A stretch of DNA of 9,340 bases, taken from the IMG/VR virus record IMGVR_UViG_3300000293_000239. The stretch is one strand, 5' to 3'. The notes below the pieces were generated by a model. It had not been told where the DNA came from, made no database searches, and saw only the letters and a list, made by a program, of their open reading frames with translations. Of the stretch, positions 7,089 to 9,340 are shown piece after piece (position 1 is the stretch's first letter; each line of letters starts with the position of its first letter). The position numbers and the translations under genes are program-made. The DNA comes from a virus (lineage: Duplodnaviria; Heunggongvirae; Uroviricota; Caudoviricetes).

Positions 7089-7334
7089 ATGACTTTTGAT
7101 GAAAAAGAACTTGATAATGCAATTAATAAAATCATCGTAACGTCGCTCTTTTCCTGTCTCAGCGACACTCAGCAGAAACAGTTCTACGAATCGGCTTTCA
7201 ACATGATCGAGCGTTGTTGTTTCTGCGATGCCGACGAGTTACCTGAAAAAATCAGAAAACAGTTGGCTGATGCTCTTCGAGTGCGACTTTCTGACCAATT
7301 TTCTGAAATGTGCTCTCCGAATTTGGACAAATAG
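7089..7334 (+). CDS. Hypothetical small protein (81 aa), rightward-oriented inside the leftward early region
   Basis: ATG 7089 preceded by AAGGA about 8 nt upstream; protein-like composition (charged, helical, CxC pair). Its 3' end overlaps the convergent minus-strand ORF 7252..7527 by 83 bp, so at least one of the two may be mis-called. Confidence 0.45.
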   Translation: MTFDEKELDNAINKIIVTSLFSCLSDTQQKQFYESAFNMIERCCFCDADELPEKIRKQLADALRVRLSDQFSEMCSPNLDK

Positions 7335-7527
7335 AAAAAGGCCATTTCCATTCAGGGTCTGATGGAAATACTTCAGCCTGTTCCAAAGCACGGTGTAAAG
7401 AGAATACAACTCCAGCCATAATCTGATGTTTCCCATTGGTCCAGCTATCGCCGCTCTGATCTACAGGAGCGGCTATGTCGTATGACCAAACGACTTCACC
7501 ACTATTGTTTAAAATCTGGACTTTCAT
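7252..7527 (-). CDS. Hypothetical small protein (91 aa), leftward early operon
   Basis: ATG 7525-7527 preceded by GGAGG at good spacing; the SD is formed by the last codons of the upstream 61-aa ORF (coupled arrangement). The C-terminal third is antisense to the 7089..7334 ORF, and a weak hairpin plus U-run (7344-7369) lies inside it. Confidence 0.45.
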   Translation of the reverse strand: MKVQILNNSGEVVWSYDIAAPVDQSGDSWTNGKHQIMAGVVFSLHRALEQAEVFPSDPEWKWPFSICPNSESTFQKIGQKVALEEHQPTVF

Positions 7528-7535
7528 TTTGTTCT

Positions 7536-7721
7536 TTAACCTCCAGATTTCCGCGCATCTAAAGGCGCATTCTCATTTGGTGTGAACTGAATAGTTGTGC
7601 TGATATTGATTAATGCTCCGACACACAAGACTACGCACTCAGAGCAGATAGCAACTTCATCTTTTCCGCCTTTGGCGATGATTTTTTTGCCTGCAGCTCG
7701 TTTGCGCCACAAAACGAGCAT
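7536..7721 (-). CDS. Questionable small basic ORF (61 aa), first ORF downstream of the putative pL
   Basis: No Shine-Dalgarno sequence; the start codon is embedded at the edge of an 8-bp stem / 8-nt loop hairpin (7696-7719). Position corresponds to where N-like antiterminators sit in lambdoid phages, but I see no arginine-rich motif match I can defend. Confidence 0.25.
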   Translation of the reverse strand: MLVLWRKRAAGKKIIAKGGKDEVAICSECVVLCVGALINISTTIQFTPNENAPLDARKSGG

Positions 7722-7839
7722 GTGAAATAACGGTTCATTTGCGCTCTCTTACACATAGTATTTAACGAATCATCCGGTCATTCATACGCCACCGGCGGCT
7801 ACTTCGTGGGCGTCCTGCCTGTTCGTTATCTTTGACATA

Positions 7840-7910
7840 AAATCTAACTTAACTTAGTTATTATGGCAAGAGAAAACACCAAACTTTTCTTAGTTCGGTG
7901 CCTTAGTTAG
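7840..7910 (-). promoter_or_regulatory. Putative OL/pL region: leftward promoter (-35 TTGCCA, 17-nt spacer, -10 TAGATT on the minus strand) overlapped by operator repeats
   Basis: 11-bp palindrome TAACTTAGTTA (7850-7860) lies in the spacer between the candidate -35 and -10. Further CTTAGTT copies at 7889-7895 and 7902-7908. Located just downstream of the repressor gene, as OL/pL is in lambdoid phages. Promoter hexamers are by-eye matches. Confidence 0.5.
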
Positions 7911-7922
7911 AGAAGAGAGGTC

Positions 7923-8549
7923 TTAGAGTTCGTATTGAACTCCTTTGACTACACCAATGATAAGGCAATTACCATTGATAGGGATGTTGGGATACCGAGG
8001 ATTTAATGGCACTAAAAACTTTTGAGGGCCATCGATGACTAATTTTTTTACTGTAGCTTCGTTTGTTCCATCAAGTCGAGCGATGACTATTTTTCCATGA
8101 CGAGGTTCTGCATCTGGATCTACAATCACTGTTGCGCCTTCTGGTATTGTTGGGAGGCCATTAGGGTTAGTCATGGAGTCACCTTTAACCTCTAATGCAA
8201 ATGAGTTATCACCAATCTTTAATGATGTATCTACCCACTTGTCCACTTCACTAAACACTTCTGCTGCCCTGCACTCAGTAAACTGCCCAGCCTGAACCCA
8301 CGATATTACAGGAACTCTGCGCATGTTTGTGACGAGTTTGCCTTCAAACTCAGCACCATAAAGAATGTAATCTATTGACGTATTGAAGAACTTCGCTAAT
8401 TTCGAAAGTGCCTCCCCACCAGGGGTATTGATGTCTTTCTCCCAGTACCCCACAGCAACGTCGCTTACTCCACAAAATTTACCCAATTCTTTCTGGGACG
8501 TTCTGGTAACTCTTCTCAGAGCTTTTATACGCTGACCAACCGTTTCCAT
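7923..8549 (-). CDS. cI: CI-like prophage repressor (N-terminal HTH_XRE domain + C-terminal LexA/S24 peptidase-like autocleavage domain)
   Basis: 208 aa. N-terminal helix-turn-helix (QKELGKFCGVSDVAVGYWEKD), C-terminal S24-like region with GDSM serine motif and downstream lysine (KKLV). Divergent from a cro-like gene across an operator-bearing intergenic region. No SD upstream of its ATG (possible leaderless transcript). Confidence 0.9.
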   Translation of the reverse strand: METVGQRIKALRRVTRTSQKELGKFCGVSDVAVGYWEKDINTPGGEALSKLAKFFNTSIDYILYGAEFEGKLVTNMRRVPVISWVQAGQFTECRAAEVFSEVDKWVDTSLKIGDNSFALEVKGDSMTNPNGLPTIPEGATVIVDPDAEPRHGKIVIARLDGTNEATVKKLVIDGPQKFLVPLNPRYPNIPINGNCLIIGVVKGVQYEL

Positions 8550-8646
8550 AGGAGCACCATTTCTTGAATTGCTAAGTAATCTTAGTTTTTATTGACCAAA
8601 GATAGATTTGTAATTAGCATCTAATAAAACTTAGTTTGGAGGGCGT
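8550..8646. promoter_or_regulatory. Putative OR region with divergent promoters (pRM leftward, pR rightward) and operator palindromes
   Basis: 14-bp palindrome CTAAGTAATCTTAG (8572-8585); 11-bp palindrome AAACTTAGTTT (8627-8637); candidate pR -35 TTGACC (8592-8597), 17-nt spacer, -10 TAGCAT (8615-8620); SD GGAGGG before the cro-like ATG. Confidence 0.6.
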
Positions 8647-8847
8647 ATGACAACTGACGATATCGAAAGCTACTTCGGCAGTATTGAGAAAGTTGCTGCT
8701 TTTTTCGGCATAACAACTGAAGCCGTTTATCAGTGGCGAAACCGTCCGGGCCAGTTAATTCCAAAAGGACGTGCAGCAGAAGCTGCATATAGAACTTGCG
8801 GACGGTTGCCATTTAAACCTGAGCTTTATGAAAAATCTAATGGATAA
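8647..8847 (+). CDS. cro: Cro-like small HTH regulator
   Basis: 66 aa; strong SD (GGAGGG) 5 nt upstream of ATG 8647; divergent from the CI-like repressor; HTH-like segment (IEKVAAFFGITTEAVYQWRN). The antisense ORF 8621..8812 is rejected. Confidence 0.75.
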   Translation: MTTDDIESYFGSIEKVAAFFGITTEAVYQWRNRPGQLIPKGRAAEAAYRTCGRLPFKPELYEKSNG

Positions 8848-9340
8848 ATCGATTAACAGAAACCACAGAACGATGAGGCTAACCGTGGGTAAGCATCACT
8901 GGAAAGTAGAAAAACAGCCTGAGTGGTACGTGAAAGCTGTCAGAAAAACTATCGCAAAGTTGCCGGGTGGTTACGCTGAAGCAGCTGACTGGCTGGATGT
9001 AACAGAGAACGCATTATTTAACCGCCTTCGTGCTGATGGCGATCAGATTTTCCCGCTGGGATGGGCAATGATTTTGCAACGTGCTGGTGGAACTCACTTC
9101 ATTGCTGATGCTGTGGCGCAGTCTGCAAATGGCGTCTTTGTGTCTCTTCCTGACGTCGAGGATGTGGACAACGCCGATATTAACCAGCGTCTGCTGGAAG
9201 TCATTGAACAGATCGGCAGTTATTCAAAACAGATTCGTTCAGCAATCGAAGACGGTGTAGTGGAACCGCATGAGAAGACAGCAATTACTGGTTTTTACAG
9301 TTGCTCGATAAAGTCACGCCCTCACAGTGGGCGGCAATAG
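8840..9340 (+). CDS. CII-like phage regulatory protein (resembles the phage CII/CP76 family as I recall it)
   Basis: Open frame from 8771 to TAG 9338-9340. Start is ambiguous: GTG 8771, ATG 8828 or ATG 8840. I chose ATG 8840, which overlaps the cro-like stop (8845-8847), as a coupled start. Position immediately after cro matches cII. Family call is from memory of sequence style, not a search. Confidence 0.6.
   Translation: MDKSINRNHRTMRLTVGKHHWKVEKQPEWYVKAVRKTIAKLPGGYAEAADWLDVTENALFNRLRADGDQIFPLGWAMILQRAGGTHFIADAVAQSANGVFVSLPDVEDVDNADINQRLLEVIEQIGSYSKQIRSAIEDGVVEPHEKTAITGFYSCSIKSRPHSGRQ

Larger units (their letters stand above)
2582..9340. mobile_element. Lambdoid prophage, left end (attL side) through the immunity region; continues beyond the window
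   Basis: Canonical order int - xis - leftward early genes - CI-like repressor - divergent cro-like - cII-like, with operator repeats flanking the repressor gene. The left boundary (attL) is inferred to lie between 2582 and 2718 and is not resolved. Confidence 0.85.

Noticed and set aside
6386-7099. ORFs 6386..6754 (+), 6463..6948 (+), 6749..6976 (-) and 6857..7099 (+)
   Set aside because: They mutually overlap in a GC-rich, stop-poor non-coding region or are antisense to the yfdP-like gene. None has a credible start or SD, and their compositions are low-complexity.
7239-7436. Minus-strand ORF 7239..7436 (65 aa)
   Set aside because: It is an alternative frame overlapping both 7089..7334 and 7252..7527, with no SD and a basic low-complexity translation.
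7741-7756. GCGCTCTCTTACACAT, resembling the lambda nutR boxA (CGCTCTTACACAT)
   Set aside because: It is on the plus strand, whereas transcription through this region from the putative pL is leftward, so it would not be in the RNA in the functional orientation. It also has an insertion relative to the boxA consensus.
8621-8812. Minus-strand ORF 8621..8812 (63 aa)
   Set aside because: It is antisense to the cro-like gene, which has a strong SD and the expected position. Its start would lie inside the operator region.
1-9340. CRISPR array, IS element with terminal inverted repeats, or rRNA/tRNA genes
   Set aside because: I found no regularly spaced direct repeats, no transposase-like ORF, and no rRNA- or tRNA-like sequence on either strand.

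Overview
This window is the left arm of an integrated lambdoid prophage in an enterobacterial (E. coli-like) genome, together with its upstream junction. From about 2.7 kb rightwards the minus strand carries a tyrosine integrase, an overlapping excisionase, and a leftward early operon (small ORF, DUF551-like protein, HD-domain phosphohydrolase resembling YfdR, DUF2303 protein resembling YfdQ, and a 120-aa ORF). Beyond that lie a structured ~440-bp non-coding region, some small ORFs of uncertain reality, and a classic immunity region: a CI-like HTH/S24 repressor divergent from Cro-like and CII-like genes, with reiterated CTTAGTT operator motifs. Left of the integrase the layout looks like a turnover hotspot. 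It holds a frameshifted 3' fragment of a second, related integrase and a visibly AT-rich gene for a DUF2971-like protein with a C-terminal CxxC...CxxC zinc ribbon, which is my top candidate for an undescribed single-gene defence or abortive-infection function. Further left is a translationally coupled two-gene operon of unknown function ending in a perfect palindromic terminator. I saw no rRNA, tRNA, CRISPR array or IS element. All family assignments are from reading the translations by eye; no database search was run.
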